Virus record (IMG/VR): IMGVR_UViG_3300002026_000001
Coordinates: 68,837-132,836 of that record
Length of the DNA: 64,000 nt
DNA from: a virus
Strand: one strand, 5' to 3'
In this document: positions 19,878 through 30,224 of the stretch, piece after piece
Position numbering within the stretch: the first letter of the stretch is position 1
How the letters are laid out: every line of letters begins with the position of its first letter
Notes under the pieces: generated by a model
What the model saw: the letters and a program-made list of their open reading frames with translations, nothing else
The model's database searches: none
What the model was told of the DNA's origin: nothing
Position numbers and translations under genes: made by a program

Positions 19878-20372
19878 TTATTTTTTCTGATACAACGGTG
19901 GAGTGAATACGGAGAATTCTGGATACTTCTCTTCAGAGCGACGGAGCCACTCGCTAAATTCCGGCGGTGGCGGTTCTGTTACCGACAAGTTCATGTCACC
20001 AATAGACTTGTCTGGATCACGCCAACGCTTAACGCAAGCGAACATGGAGCGTGACACGAGGCCGGAAAGAACCCCGTCGATCACATCTTCCTTAATCAAG
20101 TACTCAACACACAACAACGCCTTCAGTTGATTAACCTTCAGGCGCTTATTGGCTTCGATAGTTTTGTACGCCATGTACATAACGGTGATGGTCAGGTCTT
20201 CCGGTTCCTGACCACATAAATTGAAACTGAGCTTCTGCTTCAGTGCAATGATGTCCATCTTAACTCCTGTCACACTGCAAGTTGCGTGCGGAGAGAGCCG
20301 AATAAAGAGTTTACCCGGCCACTCGAAACCTTGAGGAAGTCTGCAACGTACCGCGTATAAGTTTCCGAACAA
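19878..20372 (-). CDS. Hypothetical protein (true start probably later, MDIIALKQ)
   Basis: ORF in the array; its 5' part overlaps the upstream gene. Confidence 0.5.
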   Translation of the reverse strand: MFGNLYAVRCRLPQGFEWPGKLFIRLSPHATCSVTGVKMDIIALKQKLSFNLCGQEPEDLTITVMYMAYKTIEANKRLKVNQLKALLCVEYLIKEDVIDGVLSGLVSRSMFACVKRWRDPDKSIGDMNLSVTEPPPPEFSEWLRRSEEKYPEFSVFTPPLYQKK

Positions 20373-21349
20373 ACTCTCGCTTGCACGTCAACATTGTCCT
20401 CGTTCTCTTTACACAAGGATTTACTTCTCAACCATTTCGAGAAGGCGCTGCACTCCGCTCCCAACAACAGCGTTATGAATTTGTATTTCTTTGTCTGAGC
20501 TTTCACCTTATCCAAGACTTGCGATATGGAGAATTGCAACTCAAACTTCGGAGAGGGGTCTTCCTCGCCATCAACATCAGGCTGGCCTCCATCTTCAACC
20601 GGGGCCATTTGGTTTTGGGAGACGCACAGCATTTCAAACTGCGTGTTCCCAACGTTTGTTGAAACCATCCGTGCACGTTTTTGTGTCTGATGGCTCTTAA
20701 TCATGTTGACAACGTGGTTATGCGCTGCCCTCTTCAAGTAGTTGACGATGTGATCGTCAGAGTGGTCGATAGGTATCAGGTTGTAGAATGCTTGAACAAC
20801 CTTTGCCGAAACTTCACTGTTGAAATCGTCGAACAATTCGTTCTTTGACTTCACCAAGAAGCGCATTTTCTTGTACGTGTAAAACTTGATGTAGCTGAAC
20901 ACCCGTGGGAACAACCTATTGAACGTCTTCAGCGCCCGTTCTACAGTCAGGTGATCAGCATTTCTACCAAGGGATTTCACTTTGGTGGAAGCGGCTTTGA
21001 AGAACCAATCGTTTGACGAGTACAGCAACCACATCAACGTCGAATCCTTCTGCGTAATCTCAAACTTCTCGGCCAGCTTTTTTGCCTGTTGCTTGCTGGC
21101 ACAACCGTTGCGGAACATCGCAACCATGTAAAGCTTGATATTGAGACTTGCATACCGCTGCTCACAAAGAGAGAGCCTGAATACCTTTGCACTGACATCT
21201 TTACAGTACGGTCTGATTAACTCCTGATAATCAAAAGCGTGGGTAGCACCCAAAACGTACAGGGCGCTCTCTGCAAAGACGTAGACAGCTTCTTCACTGT
21301 CTACGCCAACGTCTAAGCCATTGAGGCACACGTTGTACAGGCTATCCAT
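20270..21349 (-). CDS. Putative ECF-like sigma factor
   Basis: FDDFNSEVSAKVVQAF...IVNYLKRAAHNHVVNMIK resembles ECF sigma region 2; helical C-terminus ending in an HTH-like VADFLKVSSGRVNSL. Confidence 0.55.
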   Translation of the reverse strand: MDSLYNVCLNGLDVGVDSEEAVYVFAESALYVLGATHAFDYQELIRPYCKDVSAKVFRLSLCEQRYASLNIKLYMVAMFRNGCASKQQAKKLAEKFEITQKDSTLMWLLYSSNDWFFKAASTKVKSLGRNADHLTVERALKTFNRLFPRVFSYIKFYTYKKMRFLVKSKNELFDDFNSEVSAKVVQAFYNLIPIDHSDDHIVNYLKRAAHNHVVNMIKSHQTQKRARMVSTNVGNTQFEMLCVSQNQMAPVEDGGQPDVDGEEDPSPKFELQFSISQVLDKVKAQTKKYKFITLLLGAECSAFSKWLRSKSLCKENEDNVDVQARVCSETYTRYVADFLKVSSGRVNSLFGSLRTQLAV

Positions 21350-21350
21350 A

Positions 21351-22082
21351 TCAGGTATAGCTCATAACAATTTCACCAGCCGGGCCACGGCGCTCTGCTG
21401 CTCCACGACGTTCGCCACGACCGATCATCCCACGGGACATTCTGGAAATGATCGAAACAAGATCATCCTCACGGGCCTTGCTGACTTTCACCTTCTTCGA
21501 CAACGTCTCTACGCTTTCCAGCGCGTCATCGAGTTGGGCAACATGACCACGTTCAGACGATGGTGCGATTGCATTGGCCTTCGGGTCAACAAACTTCCCC
21601 TTCTTAATCATTGCAGAACGCATCACTGCAAACCGCTCGACAGTGTACACCGTCTCACTATTAGGGTCATTGATTGCCGAAATAAACATCTTCCCGCTCC
21701 TACCGACAACACGTACGGTTTCCTTGTCTGCGTACAGCACGAAGCCGACCGCAAAGTTGCTCAAGAAATTCCTATCCGCACTTCCAGTGTATCTGACGTA
21801 GACCTTTTGATAAAACCGCCAACCTGCTTTGCGAGTGTTCCGTTCAGCATGGAGAACCGAACCCAATGCTTGAAGCTCCGTCGGCGACATGCCGCGAATT
21901 GCTTGTGATACTTTTGAGACCCTGCTGATCTTTTCTTCGCTACCTACCAATGAGAACATATCCGGCTTGTAGGACATGCAACCCTTTGACGTCGGAAGCT
22001 TCCCATCTTCACTGCACTTGTTTTCAAAAACCCGTTCACGGTTTAGGAAGAGACATGAACCACAGTTTAGGCTTTGTTTCAT
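21351..22082 (-). CDS. Hypothetical protein (N-terminal Cys cluster)
   Basis: CGSC...C...C motif; 243 aa. Confidence 0.6.
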   Translation of the reverse strand: MKQSLNCGSCLFLNRERVFENKCSEDGKLPTSKGCMSYKPDMFSLVGSEEKISRVSKVSQAIRGMSPTELQALGSVLHAERNTRKAGWRFYQKVYVRYTGSADRNFLSNFAVGFVLYADKETVRVVGRSGKMFISAINDPNSETVYTVERFAVMRSAMIKKGKFVDPKANAIAPSSERGHVAQLDDALESVETLSKKVKVSKAREDDLVSIISRMSRGMIGRGERRGAAERRGPAGEIVMSYT

Positions 22083-22518
22083 TTTTTATACCCTTGGCTT
22101 GCATTGTGTATTTGATACAGAATTCAACAGCCTTTTCCTGTGAACATCCCAAGTTTGAAGCTAAGATTTTGAACAACTGAAAATCCGCGCCCTTCAGCTT
22201 CGTACCTACTGGATGTTCGACAGCATCAGCGTTGTCGACTGGCGTAAGTAAAGCAGTAACCAGAATGCGCAACCATTTTTCTGCACGGGAAGCCTCACGC
22301 TCAGTGGACCAGAAAGTCTTTGCAGGACGTTTCGGGTTCCGCATGCGTGAGATAATGAACAGAGCGTTCGCGTGCAAGATGTTGTGACAACTACTGCACA
22401 GGATAATCTGCTGACTATTTTCCCCACCGCGTGCTTGAGGCACAGTATGGTGTGAGTGCATTATGGATTCGTGTTCTTCACAAATCACACAGCACTCGTC
22501 AGAAATAATGGTTGGCAT
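22036..22518 (-). CDS. HNH-motif protein
   Basis: CVIC...HSHHTVPQARGG...LCSSCHNILH (McrA-type HNH zinc finger). Confidence 0.8.
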   Translation of the reverse strand: MPTIISDECCVICEEHESIMHSHHTVPQARGGENSQQIILCSSCHNILHANALFIISRMRNPKRPAKTFWSTEREASRAEKWLRILVTALLTPVDNADAVEHPVGTKLKGADFQLFKILASNLGCSQEKAVEFCIKYTMQAKGIKNETKPKLWFMSLPKP

Positions 22519-22524
22519 AGTAGG

Positions 22525-23475
22525 TTAGAAGGGCAAGCCCCACTTCATAGTGGTCGGAGTTCGACTACTTGTTACAACCTTCATAAACGCATTCATGCGT
22601 GTAAGAGGCATAACCCAAAACATGTGCAAATCGGTATTACGGGGGTTTGAGGTCGGACTGTCGCTGACCAACGCATAGTCAACAGAACCACGTTCATTGA
22701 GCATTGAGACAACGCTCTGTGCAAACTCCAACGGCTGAATGCCTTTTTTCTTTGAGGCAGACGACGAGACAAGCAACAACATCTGGTCCAGAAGAATACC
22801 ATAGCCTTCAATAGGGTAAAACTTCAGGCCGATCTTCTTGAACGTTGCTTCGGAGTTTAGAACTTGGTTTGAAAAGATTGGAATGACAGGCATGCGAACA
22901 AGCTGGAACTCACCGATAAGTTTAATCGGGAGGCTGTCACGCATCTTGGACATTGCATCCAAGGTGATAGTGTCTTTGAGACTTGAAATCTCACCGGCAC
23001 CTTTATGAACTGACTCACGCTCTTTGAGCGCGGTGTTGATAACCTGAACGGCCTTCTTGGCTTCAGGAGAGTTTGATAGAGAGATTTTGATCTTCTCTTG
23101 TTTCGCGGTCAAGACGACCGGTGGAACGAGTGATTCTGCTGCTTCAATTTCGTGAGCGATTGCCGCATCAACCTTCACGATAAACTTGTCATTCAAAACC
23201 TTGATGCTTGCGCGAAAGTCAGGTAAGCCAATTTCGTTGCTCGACAATCCGGCATGCAAACCCGTGGCGACGTTGGCGACCGAAATCAGCGCCTTCCTCA
23301 CAGGTATATATTTTCCCTTCTGATCCGCCTTCAGCCAAGCAACTGTCTCTTCCACACCAGAAGAGATAGATTCTAAGGCCGCATTCAGTTCACGCTTTTT
23401 CTTCGAGGACAAACACGTTTTGAGTGCGTCCTTAATTTGGTTGTTCAAGTTCTCAATGCGAGTTACTGTATTCAT
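22525..23475 (-). CDS. Hypothetical protein
   Basis: Long ORF; ATG 23475 is preferred over the track start at 23511. Confidence 0.6.
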   Translation of the reverse strand: MNTVTRIENLNNQIKDALKTCLSSKKKRELNAALESISSGVEETVAWLKADQKGKYIPVRKALISVANVATGLHAGLSSNEIGLPDFRASIKVLNDKFIVKVDAAIAHEIEAAESLVPPVVLTAKQEKIKISLSNSPEAKKAVQVINTALKERESVHKGAGEISSLKDTITLDAMSKMRDSLPIKLIGEFQLVRMPVIPIFSNQVLNSEATFKKIGLKFYPIEGYGILLDQMLLLVSSSASKKKGIQPLEFAQSVVSMLNERGSVDYALVSDSPTSNPRNTDLHMFWVMPLTRMNAFMKVVTSSRTPTTMKWGLPF

Positions 23476-23533
23476 GGTTAAGTCTACCCTAGTTTGTAGT
23501 GCAATACGCACCGGTGTAAATTAGTATGTCCTC

Positions 23534-24961
23534 TCAGACCTTGATCGTCTGTAAATCTTTGAGGATTCTGATTTGTGGTTTTTTCAAATCTCTGGTTAGT
23601 GATGTGATTGAAGCCTCTGTAGACTTGATGGTCGCTTTCAATTTAGCGGCCTCAAGAGACTTCAACTGTCGAACTTTAAGGTCTAGAATAGTGTTTGCAT
23701 CCTCCAAAGTTATCTTCAAGGTTTTGACAAGGTAGGCCGCGCTGTCCTCTTTGGTCAACGAGTCCATAATGATCTTCAGGTGGTTGACAGCCAGCAACAT
23801 CAACTCCAACCTTTTCAACTTCTGCCGATCTAGGCCAATCAAATATTTGATGACCTTGATTTCAATCTCGACGCGCCACGCACACCAGTCTTTCAATATG
23901 CTTGGTACAGTCGTCCTGCCGAACTCGACTCCTTTCAATTCGCGCTCGGTCACCCCAATGTCGTAGGACTGCTTTCTCACAAGCATCGACGTTATCTTAT
24001 CAACAAACTCGTCGAAGTCGACACCGCGTTGCGCTGTGATTTCAAACTTGAACCCTGCTCTGCCGGTCGAATCAGAAACCGATTTGACGATTTGCATGGC
24101 TGATAGGTTCAAGGCCAACGTCTGCCAACTTGTCTGTGAGGTCAGTCCGGGACAAGCTGAGGTGACGGTGATCATTTTCTTTTTGGTGTCGACAACCATC
24201 GTCGGTAAAAACTTCAGAGAGCCGCAACCATTCTTGAAAAACTCAAGCACTTCCTTCTTGTCGGAAATGCAATCCCCGCCATAAACGGGTTCAAAGACCA
24301 CAACCTTTGCGCAATCAAGAGGACTTAGATTCTCACCCTCAAGGCAACGTCTAACCAACTGAACGACGCCTTCCATCGCAAAGCTTGGACACTCGGCAGA
24401 GACACCGAACGCAATACTGACGGAGCCATTCAACAGCAAGACGGGCAACTTCGCCGGTAAGACGATTGGCACCTTTTCGTCTTCGCTGAAGTTTGGAACG
24501 TAGTCAACAACAGCCAAGTAGGTAGGGTCCAGCATGTACAACGTACTGAACTCAGAAAGACGCGCCTCGGTGTATCGCATCGCCGCTGCGTTGTCGATGT
24601 TGTCACCCCAGTTGCCGTAACCTTCAATCAGAGGCACGCACTGGTTTTTCGTGATCCAGACTTTCCCATCGTCGCTTTTGGTTCCGGTCAACCCAACCAT
24701 CGCGTCGTAAGTTGTCTGGTCACCATGCGGTGAGTACTTGCCGATAACTTCACCGACCGTTCTTGCGGCTTTGCGAAATGGAGTGCCATGCTTCAGACCC
24801 AACCCGTAGCAAGCCCACAAAATAAATCGGTGGACAGGTTTCAGACCGTCACGAAAATCTGGAACAGCGCGTTGCTCAACAACTTCCTCACCATACGCTT
24901 TCAAATTGCGTTGTGTAATCGTCAAAAGTGATTCGACAGAATTTGGCATGTTTTTTCTCAT
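23534..24961 (-). CDS. gyrA: Type IIA topoisomerase subunit A (GyrA/ParC-like, no CTD)
   Basis: RAVPDFRDGLKPVHR, YSPHGD, catalytic AAMRYTE, LLNGSVSIAFG; only 475 aa. Confidence 0.93.
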   Translation of the reverse strand: MRKNMPNSVESLLTITQRNLKAYGEEVVEQRAVPDFRDGLKPVHRFILWACYGLGLKHGTPFRKAARTVGEVIGKYSPHGDQTTYDAMVGLTGTKSDDGKVWITKNQCVPLIEGYGNWGDNIDNAAAMRYTEARLSEFSTLYMLDPTYLAVVDYVPNFSEDEKVPIVLPAKLPVLLLNGSVSIAFGVSAECPSFAMEGVVQLVRRCLEGENLSPLDCAKVVVFEPVYGGDCISDKKEVLEFFKNGCGSLKFLPTMVVDTKKKMITVTSACPGLTSQTSWQTLALNLSAMQIVKSVSDSTGRAGFKFEITAQRGVDFDEFVDKITSMLVRKQSYDIGVTERELKGVEFGRTTVPSILKDWCAWRVEIEIKVIKYLIGLDRQKLKRLELMLLAVNHLKIIMDSLTKEDSAAYLVKTLKITLEDANTILDLKVRQLKSLEAAKLKATIKSTEASITSLTRDLKKPQIRILKDLQTIKV

Positions 24962-25062
24962 TTGTAGGTTGCGTGATTTTCAAAGCTTTTCGAGGTCGAG
25001 CGGAAGCCCGGTGTCTGTCGACATGAGTATTATAGCACACTCTGAGGCCCGTGTCAACCCCC

Positions 25063-25584
25063 CTACTTTTGGCGTTGTCTATGTGTTGTTGTAATCGCGA
25101 CCAAATCCCGGACAATTGATTTCACGTTGTCGTCTTTTCCTTCAACGACATGATCAATAAATCTCTCACCATATTTCACAACGTCGTCGCGCATCTTGGA
25201 ATTGAGCAAAAGGCTTTCAAGAGCATCTGTCTTTTCAAGGTGTGAGAATCTTGGATCGACATGTGCGCTGCGAACAGCCGTGTAAAAAACACGCGACGAC
25301 TCTTCAAACATTTTAATTAGCAGTTTCTTCGTCTCAACCTCACCGCGATTTGCAGTGACGCTTTGTGCATAGTCAATAAATGGTGGGATGAATTTGTCAA
25401 ACTCTTTCACCCACAAATCATCGTTTGACGTTTTCTTGTGCGAGTACAGACGTGCGATTAACACAAAGATTTGAAACAGCATCGCACTTGCTTCAGCAGG
25501 GTGGCCGTGATGGACAACTGGCTGGCCTGACGGAGTCCCGCCGCCACCGCTGGTTGATTGCTCACCGCTTATGGAAATTTTCAT
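25063..25584 (-). CDS. Hypothetical protein between the topoisomerase subunits (N-terminal MKISIS motif)
   Basis: 173-aa ORF. Confidence 0.6.
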   Translation of the reverse strand: MKISISGEQSTSGGGGTPSGQPVVHHGHPAEASAMLFQIFVLIARLYSHKKTSNDDLWVKEFDKFIPPFIDYAQSVTANRGEVETKKLLIKMFEESSRVFYTAVRSAHVDPRFSHLEKTDALESLLLNSKMRDDVVKYGERFIDHVVEGKDDNVKSIVRDLVAITTTHRQRQK

Positions 25585-25587
25585 AGC

Positions 25588-27513
25588 TCAGAGTCCTAAC
25601 AGTTCCTTACGAGCGGCAGAATCGCTGCCGACCAACAGCTTGAAGTGCTGTAGTTCTTTACCCTTGGCAGGGCTAACGCAAATAGTCGTTCGCGTCTTTG
25701 GATCGAATGCGACGTACTCCAACGTATCAGAACCGATTTCACCCCAACCCTTTGCACGCATGACCGTCACCTTCGCGCCTTTTGGAAGTTGCTTAACGAC
25801 CGCTGCGTGACTTGCACCGAAATAACGTTTGCCTTTGAAGAACACTGAGAAGAGTGGTGCGTCAACAACGAAGACGCGGCCTTCATCAATCAGTCGTGGC
25901 ATCAGCTTGTTAATCAATGTCAGGATCAGGACCGCGATATGTGACCCGTCAACGTCAGCATCGGGGAGCAGAAAAATCTTATTGACGCGAAGCTTGCTGT
26001 ATACGTCGGCACCACCTTCTTTGTGTGTGTCGAAATTGTACCCGATACACGATAGCAGGTCTTGAACGGCTTTTGACGCGAGTAGTTTATGCGGGGCCAT
26101 GCGTTCGGCGTTTGCAATTTTACCTGACAGCTTCGCAACCTCTTGATACAGGTCGTTCCGTGCTTTCTTCGCAGTGCCGCCAGCAGAATCACCTTCGACG
26201 ATGTAGAGTTCTCGCGTCGCTGGACTGGCCTTCGGTGACGAAATCAATGACGTCGGAAGCATGTTCTTGGTTCGCTTCTTGGCGCTTGCGACCGCGTCCA
26301 TCGACTTCTTGAATTCATCCTTCGACTTCTTGACGTCCATTGCGCGACGAATAGCTGCACGAGCCACTGTCTTGTTCTTGATAAAGAATGCGGTCAACAC
26401 CGGGAGCAATTCTTTTTCAACCGCGTCAGCAACGTTTGACGTCAGCTTGTCTTTGGTCTGGCCGTTGAAAGAGGCACCTGACATTTTCCAGTCAAGGACT
26501 CCTACGAGTCCGAAATACAAATCCTTTGGTGCAAACTTGTCCGTCTTTTTACGGAAGGCCGTGAGGGATTTCATCAACGCGTTGCGGAAGCCAACTTCAT
26601 GTTCACCGTCGTTGATCGTGCGACCAGAGTTTGCATAGGTGTGCAGTGCGTCATCATCGTTGTAGGTCGTCCACTGAAGTGCAACCGAACAACAATCAGA
26701 TACGTGTTGGAACACTTTTCCTTGCAACTCGACTTCCAGCTTAGTGCAACGTTGCCGAACCAAAGCAACCAACCCCTCAGTATTGAGGAAGCTTTTCATC
26801 TTACCACCGGCACTCAAGACGAGTTCGACGCCGGGGTTGAGCATTGCTTTGTCACGCATCCATTGGGCAAGATATGGAACATTCATCTTGGCCTTTGTCT
26901 TGCCGCCGTCTTTCGACACGACTGGTTGGTCTGGAACGAACTGGATGATGGAGCCACGATTCGGTGCGTATGGAAGAATCTTTTTCAGTGAGGCTGGCAG
27001 CGACACAGTCTTCACGTCACCGACCGGTTTGCCGCATATGAATTTCTGATAGTGCCATTTGCGTTCGCGGTTTGTCCAAACCTCAAACGACGAAGAGACG
27101 GCGTTCACCGCAGCAGCACCGACGCCGTGAGTTCCCTCAGATGTCTTGTACGCCTTTGCGCTAAACTTACCGCCTGTGTGTAATTCAGTCATAATCAAGG
27201 TGAGCGTACTCACCATCTTACTGCGTGGATTCTTCGGATCGTCTTTGACTTTGCCGACTGGAATACCCTCTGCCTTGTCTGCAACTGTGTAGACACCGCG
27301 CTCATTGTCCACGTGAACAAACACGTAGTTGTTTCGACCGGCTGCCGCTTCGTCTGTTCCGTTGGCAATCAATTCCTTGCCGCACTGGAAGACCATCATA
27401 TCACCAGTCTCACCAAGGTACATTTGAGGACGTTTACGAACGCCGTCCAACCCCTTCAATCTGGTTATGCTTGATTCGTCGTAGTCTTGTCTTTTTGTTT
27501 GGGTGCGAGTCAT
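25588..27513 (-). CDS. gyrB: Type IIA topoisomerase subunit B (GyrB/ParE-like)
   Basis: LDGVRKRPQMYLG, GHKL motifs (ELIANGTDE, DKAEGIP, HTGGKF, GTHGVG), TOPRIM IVEGDSAGG, DADVDGSHI, KGWGE. Confidence 0.95.
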   Translation of the reverse strand: MTRTQTKRQDYDESSITRLKGLDGVRKRPQMYLGETGDMMVFQCGKELIANGTDEAAAGRNNYVFVHVDNERGVYTVADKAEGIPVGKVKDDPKNPRSKMVSTLTLIMTELHTGGKFSAKAYKTSEGTHGVGAAAVNAVSSSFEVWTNRERKWHYQKFICGKPVGDVKTVSLPASLKKILPYAPNRGSIIQFVPDQPVVSKDGGKTKAKMNVPYLAQWMRDKAMLNPGVELVLSAGGKMKSFLNTEGLVALVRQRCTKLEVELQGKVFQHVSDCCSVALQWTTYNDDDALHTYANSGRTINDGEHEVGFRNALMKSLTAFRKKTDKFAPKDLYFGLVGVLDWKMSGASFNGQTKDKLTSNVADAVEKELLPVLTAFFIKNKTVARAAIRRAMDVKKSKDEFKKSMDAVASAKKRTKNMLPTSLISSPKASPATRELYIVEGDSAGGTAKKARNDLYQEVAKLSGKIANAERMAPHKLLASKAVQDLLSCIGYNFDTHKEGGADVYSKLRVNKIFLLPDADVDGSHIAVLILTLINKLMPRLIDEGRVFVVDAPLFSVFFKGKRYFGASHAAVVKQLPKGAKVTVMRAKGWGEIGSDTLEYVAFDPKTRTTICVSPAKGKELQHFKLLVGSDSAARKELLGL

Positions 27514-28379
27514 TGGAAAACCTTACCGTGTTGATGTTCAAATTCTCGAATTTTCCTGCGCAACGCTGGAAGTGAAAGGTGACACGTATTGCCTTTGGCC
27601 GAATTGACTTTACTGTGTAGTAGCTTCAGGTTTGCAGGATGACATATAACGGACAGTGGGACTGGAGTCTGACGTTTAACAAACCTCTCTCTGTCTTCAC
27701 AGTATTCGTACCAGCCGTAAAATTTACTGAACTGGTGGTCTATGTTGTAGTCAACCGACTGTTTTCCTTTTGGGTCAACAAGGTGACGGTACTTGTTGAC
27801 CACAAGAAACGTCAACTTTGTTATACAGTAAGTGTAGTGTTTGTGTGACCGAAACTCAGAAGCCACCGCGTTTCGTTGAATTGCACGCTCTCGAACCATT
27901 TGAGAGCCAGCAGCATAGCTTTCTGCAAACTTCTTTCGACTTGCGCAATGCTGTTCACCGTGAGTGCGTCTTATCCCAACTTCTTTCAAAAGAGCCACTA
28001 TTGCAAAGCTATTACTTATACCAAACGCTGCCGCTATGTCTTGCATGCTGTCGCCAGCCTCGTAACGTTTGACGATCTTCGTTTTGTTCTTCTCAAACCT
28101 AATCTTATTATTGCGAATAAGTTCGGCCTTCCCACACGTCCAACCTTCTGCTTTTAAGACGTTGTTTACAAATGAGTGGGTTAGGTCTAGAGACTGGGCA
28201 GTGCCGCGAATCGAATTTCCACGAACTACATACTCGACGTATATAGATTTCTTCAATGAAGAACTTGGAAGCAGTTGCCACTTCCCATTGATTGATTTTT
28301 GGTAGGTAAAGCCACCGTGTTTTCTTTTTTCACCCACGCGGCCAACAACTGTTTTTGGAATTGCATTGACGATGCTCAT
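27510..28379 (-). CDS. Putative free-standing HNH-type homing endonuclease
   Basis: HTH-like region followed by IDHQFS...HPANL (HNH-like); overlaps the gyrB start. Confidence 0.55.
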   Translation of the reverse strand: MSIVNAIPKTVVGRVGEKRKHGGFTYQKSINGKWQLLPSSSLKKSIYVEYVVRGNSIRGTAQSLDLTHSFVNNVLKAEGWTCGKAELIRNNKIRFEKNKTKIVKRYEAGDSMQDIAAAFGISNSFAIVALLKEVGIRRTHGEQHCASRKKFAESYAAGSQMVRERAIQRNAVASEFRSHKHYTYCITKLTFLVVNKYRHLVDPKGKQSVDYNIDHQFSKFYGWYEYCEDRERFVKRQTPVPLSVICHPANLKLLHSKVNSAKGNTCHLSLPALRRKIREFEHQHGKVFQ

Positions 28380-28438
28380 TATTTCCTCCTAAAAACATAG
28401 AGTCAAATTAGCATTGTCTGAAACTCACCACTATGTAT

Positions 28439-28816
28439 CTAGGTGGTTGGGAAAGTGAATTGGTCCAGAGGAAGTTCAAACTCTTCCTTCGTTATCTGGA
28501 CTCCTGAGAGGCTTCCAAATATGATGCCGATGTTCCGAACCGGATCACCCATGTGCTGTGCTTGACGTGCACCGGACCACGGCATAGACACCACAAACTT
28601 AACATGCCCGGCAAAGTACGTTGTACTTGACGGGCTTTCAATCGAACAGCGCGTGTCATACTCGCGCCTTGCCCACATGGTCTCATCACCATACCTGATT
28701 GGGTACTGAAACTCGATATTTACAACGTTGTCACCGGAAGGCTCCCCAACCACTTGAACGTAGTCGGGAAATTTCATAACTGAAAACACGTCCCGAAGGA
28801 CGACTTTGTCGATCAT
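28439..28816 (-). CDS. Hypothetical protein
   Basis: 125-aa ORF. Confidence 0.5.
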   Translation of the reverse strand: MIDKVVLRDVFSVMKFPDYVQVVGEPSGDNVVNIEFQYPIRYGDETMWARREYDTRCSIESPSSTTYFAGHVKFVVSMPWSGARQAQHMGDPVRNIGIIFGSLSGVQITKEEFELPLDQFTFPTT

Positions 28817-28839
28817 GCTATTCTCACTATGGAGACTCT

Positions 28840-29796
28840 TTACAGTTTCACGCTTTCACGAAGTGCCTTGAGAATCGTCAGGCTTGACTCATGTGTCGCG
28901 ATTGCTGCATCGAGTAGTTTTAGATATGCAGGTTCGGAGAAACGGCTGCCACTGCTGACGCCAATCAAGCCCGAATCACCCGGCGTACAGATGCGCGATG
29001 TGTCGGGCAACGTCTTCTCGACAGTTTCAACTACCGCCACGGTATTGTTTTGAACACCATCTGCAACACCCAACGACTTTAGGCCGAGAATGGTTCCTTC
29101 TGGACGCTGACCCTTTGGAAGCACCAAAACAAGCGACTCGTCACTGTCAAGAATCTGCTCAAACGGGTATGCAAACTTACCGGACCATTTGTATGTCACG
29201 CCATGACCGTTGCCGCTCTTGATAGCGTACTCTTCTCGGATCAAGTTTGACAATGCAACGTAGATTCCGTTACTTGCTTTCGCACGTGTGCCAACAGCGT
29301 CTTTGATGCGCTCAATCGGTAGGTAGTTCCCTTCGTCACGATAGCGCCACAAAACCATTGCCGCGATCCCACCAAGCGTCACGCGGCGCAGCTTTCCAGT
29401 TGGTTTCTTTGAAGGCAGCTTGAACTCTTTCAATTTCGCAGGTGTCATTGTGCTTACCTTTGGGGTTTCTTTGAGTGGTTTCACCTTGTGTGCGGTGTCG
29501 ATCTGTGGCTTCGGCGTTGCTGGTTTCGGGTTGGGTGGTGGAACCTTTACAACTGGAGCAGGTTTCGACTCGACCGTCGGACTTGTCTTCACCTTAGGTG
29601 CAAGCTCAGTCAAGTAATACATGTTGTCGCGCTTGAAGATAGTGTGGTGCTGGACCAGCAGGTGCAACGTCCGTGACAGGTCAGAACGCTCACAGAACAA
29701 TGTCCCGCGATTGTAGAGACCGTCAAACGTCAGCCCTTCAGTGTGCCTCGTTAGAAGATTGGTAACTTCGTCTTCATGTTCTTGTGTGAGTTCCAT
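28840..29796 (-). CDS. Hypothetical protein, possible winged-helix DNA-binding domains
   Basis: Two helical domains joined by a P/K-rich linker. Confidence 0.5.
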   Translation of the reverse strand: MELTQEHEDEVTNLLTRHTEGLTFDGLYNRGTLFCERSDLSRTLHLLVQHHTIFKRDNMYYLTELAPKVKTSPTVESKPAPVVKVPPPNPKPATPKPQIDTAHKVKPLKETPKVSTMTPAKLKEFKLPSKKPTGKLRRVTLGGIAAMVLWRYRDEGNYLPIERIKDAVGTRAKASNGIYVALSNLIREEYAIKSGNGHGVTYKWSGKFAYPFEQILDSDESLVLVLPKGQRPEGTILGLKSLGVADGVQNNTVAVVETVEKTLPDTSRICTPGDSGLIGVSSGSRFSEPAYLKLLDAAIATHESSLTILKALRESVKL

Positions 29797-29826
29797 TTTG
29801 TTTATTCCCTGAAGGGCAATCGTTTG

Positions 29827-30222
29827 TCAGTGAAGATGTTCTAGCTTGTAGATCGTCTGATTGCAAAGTTCGAGAACTTCAGTGATGATGTTCTCAAGGT
29901 CTTTGTGAAGCGCAATTTCTGGTCGCTTCATTTCTTCCGTCAGAGTGTCGCGGACTGCGAAGAAGAAGGCGACGTAGTTTTCTGGAATATCCAGAGTGAC
30001 CGTCTGAGGAAAGTCTTCGATAGGTCCAAATGCACCGATAGCGGCCTCGGCAAATCGGTCAGCAAAACCAACGATTGCGTCGTAAAACTCGTTGAGAGCT
30101 TTATGCTCTGCAAACTTCGCAGTTTTCAAATGAAATACGTGTGCGACCGTTCGCGTGTTGAACAGAAACATGACCAACACGCCAAGGCTAGTGTATCCAG
30201 AAGTTGAAACGTTGATTTTCAT
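29827..30222 (-). CDS. Ferritin/Dps-like four-helix protein (phage DUF5856-like)
   Basis: AHVFHLKT..FAEHKALNEFYD...DRFAE...LENIITE...YKL pattern. Confidence 0.75.
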   Translation of the reverse strand: MKINVSTSGYTSLGVLVMFLFNTRTVAHVFHLKTAKFAEHKALNEFYDAIVGFADRFAEAAIGAFGPIEDFPQTVTLDIPENYVAFFFAVRDTLTEEMKRPEIALHKDLENIITEVLELCNQTIYKLEHLH

Positions 30223-30224
30223 AT

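Noticed and set aside
23534-27513. Bacterial chromosome origin (gyrA/gyrB, ligA, recA, dnaB, ssrA)
   Set aside because: The genes are divergent, interspersed with terminase, portal, homing endonucleases and dense hypotheticals, and lack bacterial operon context.
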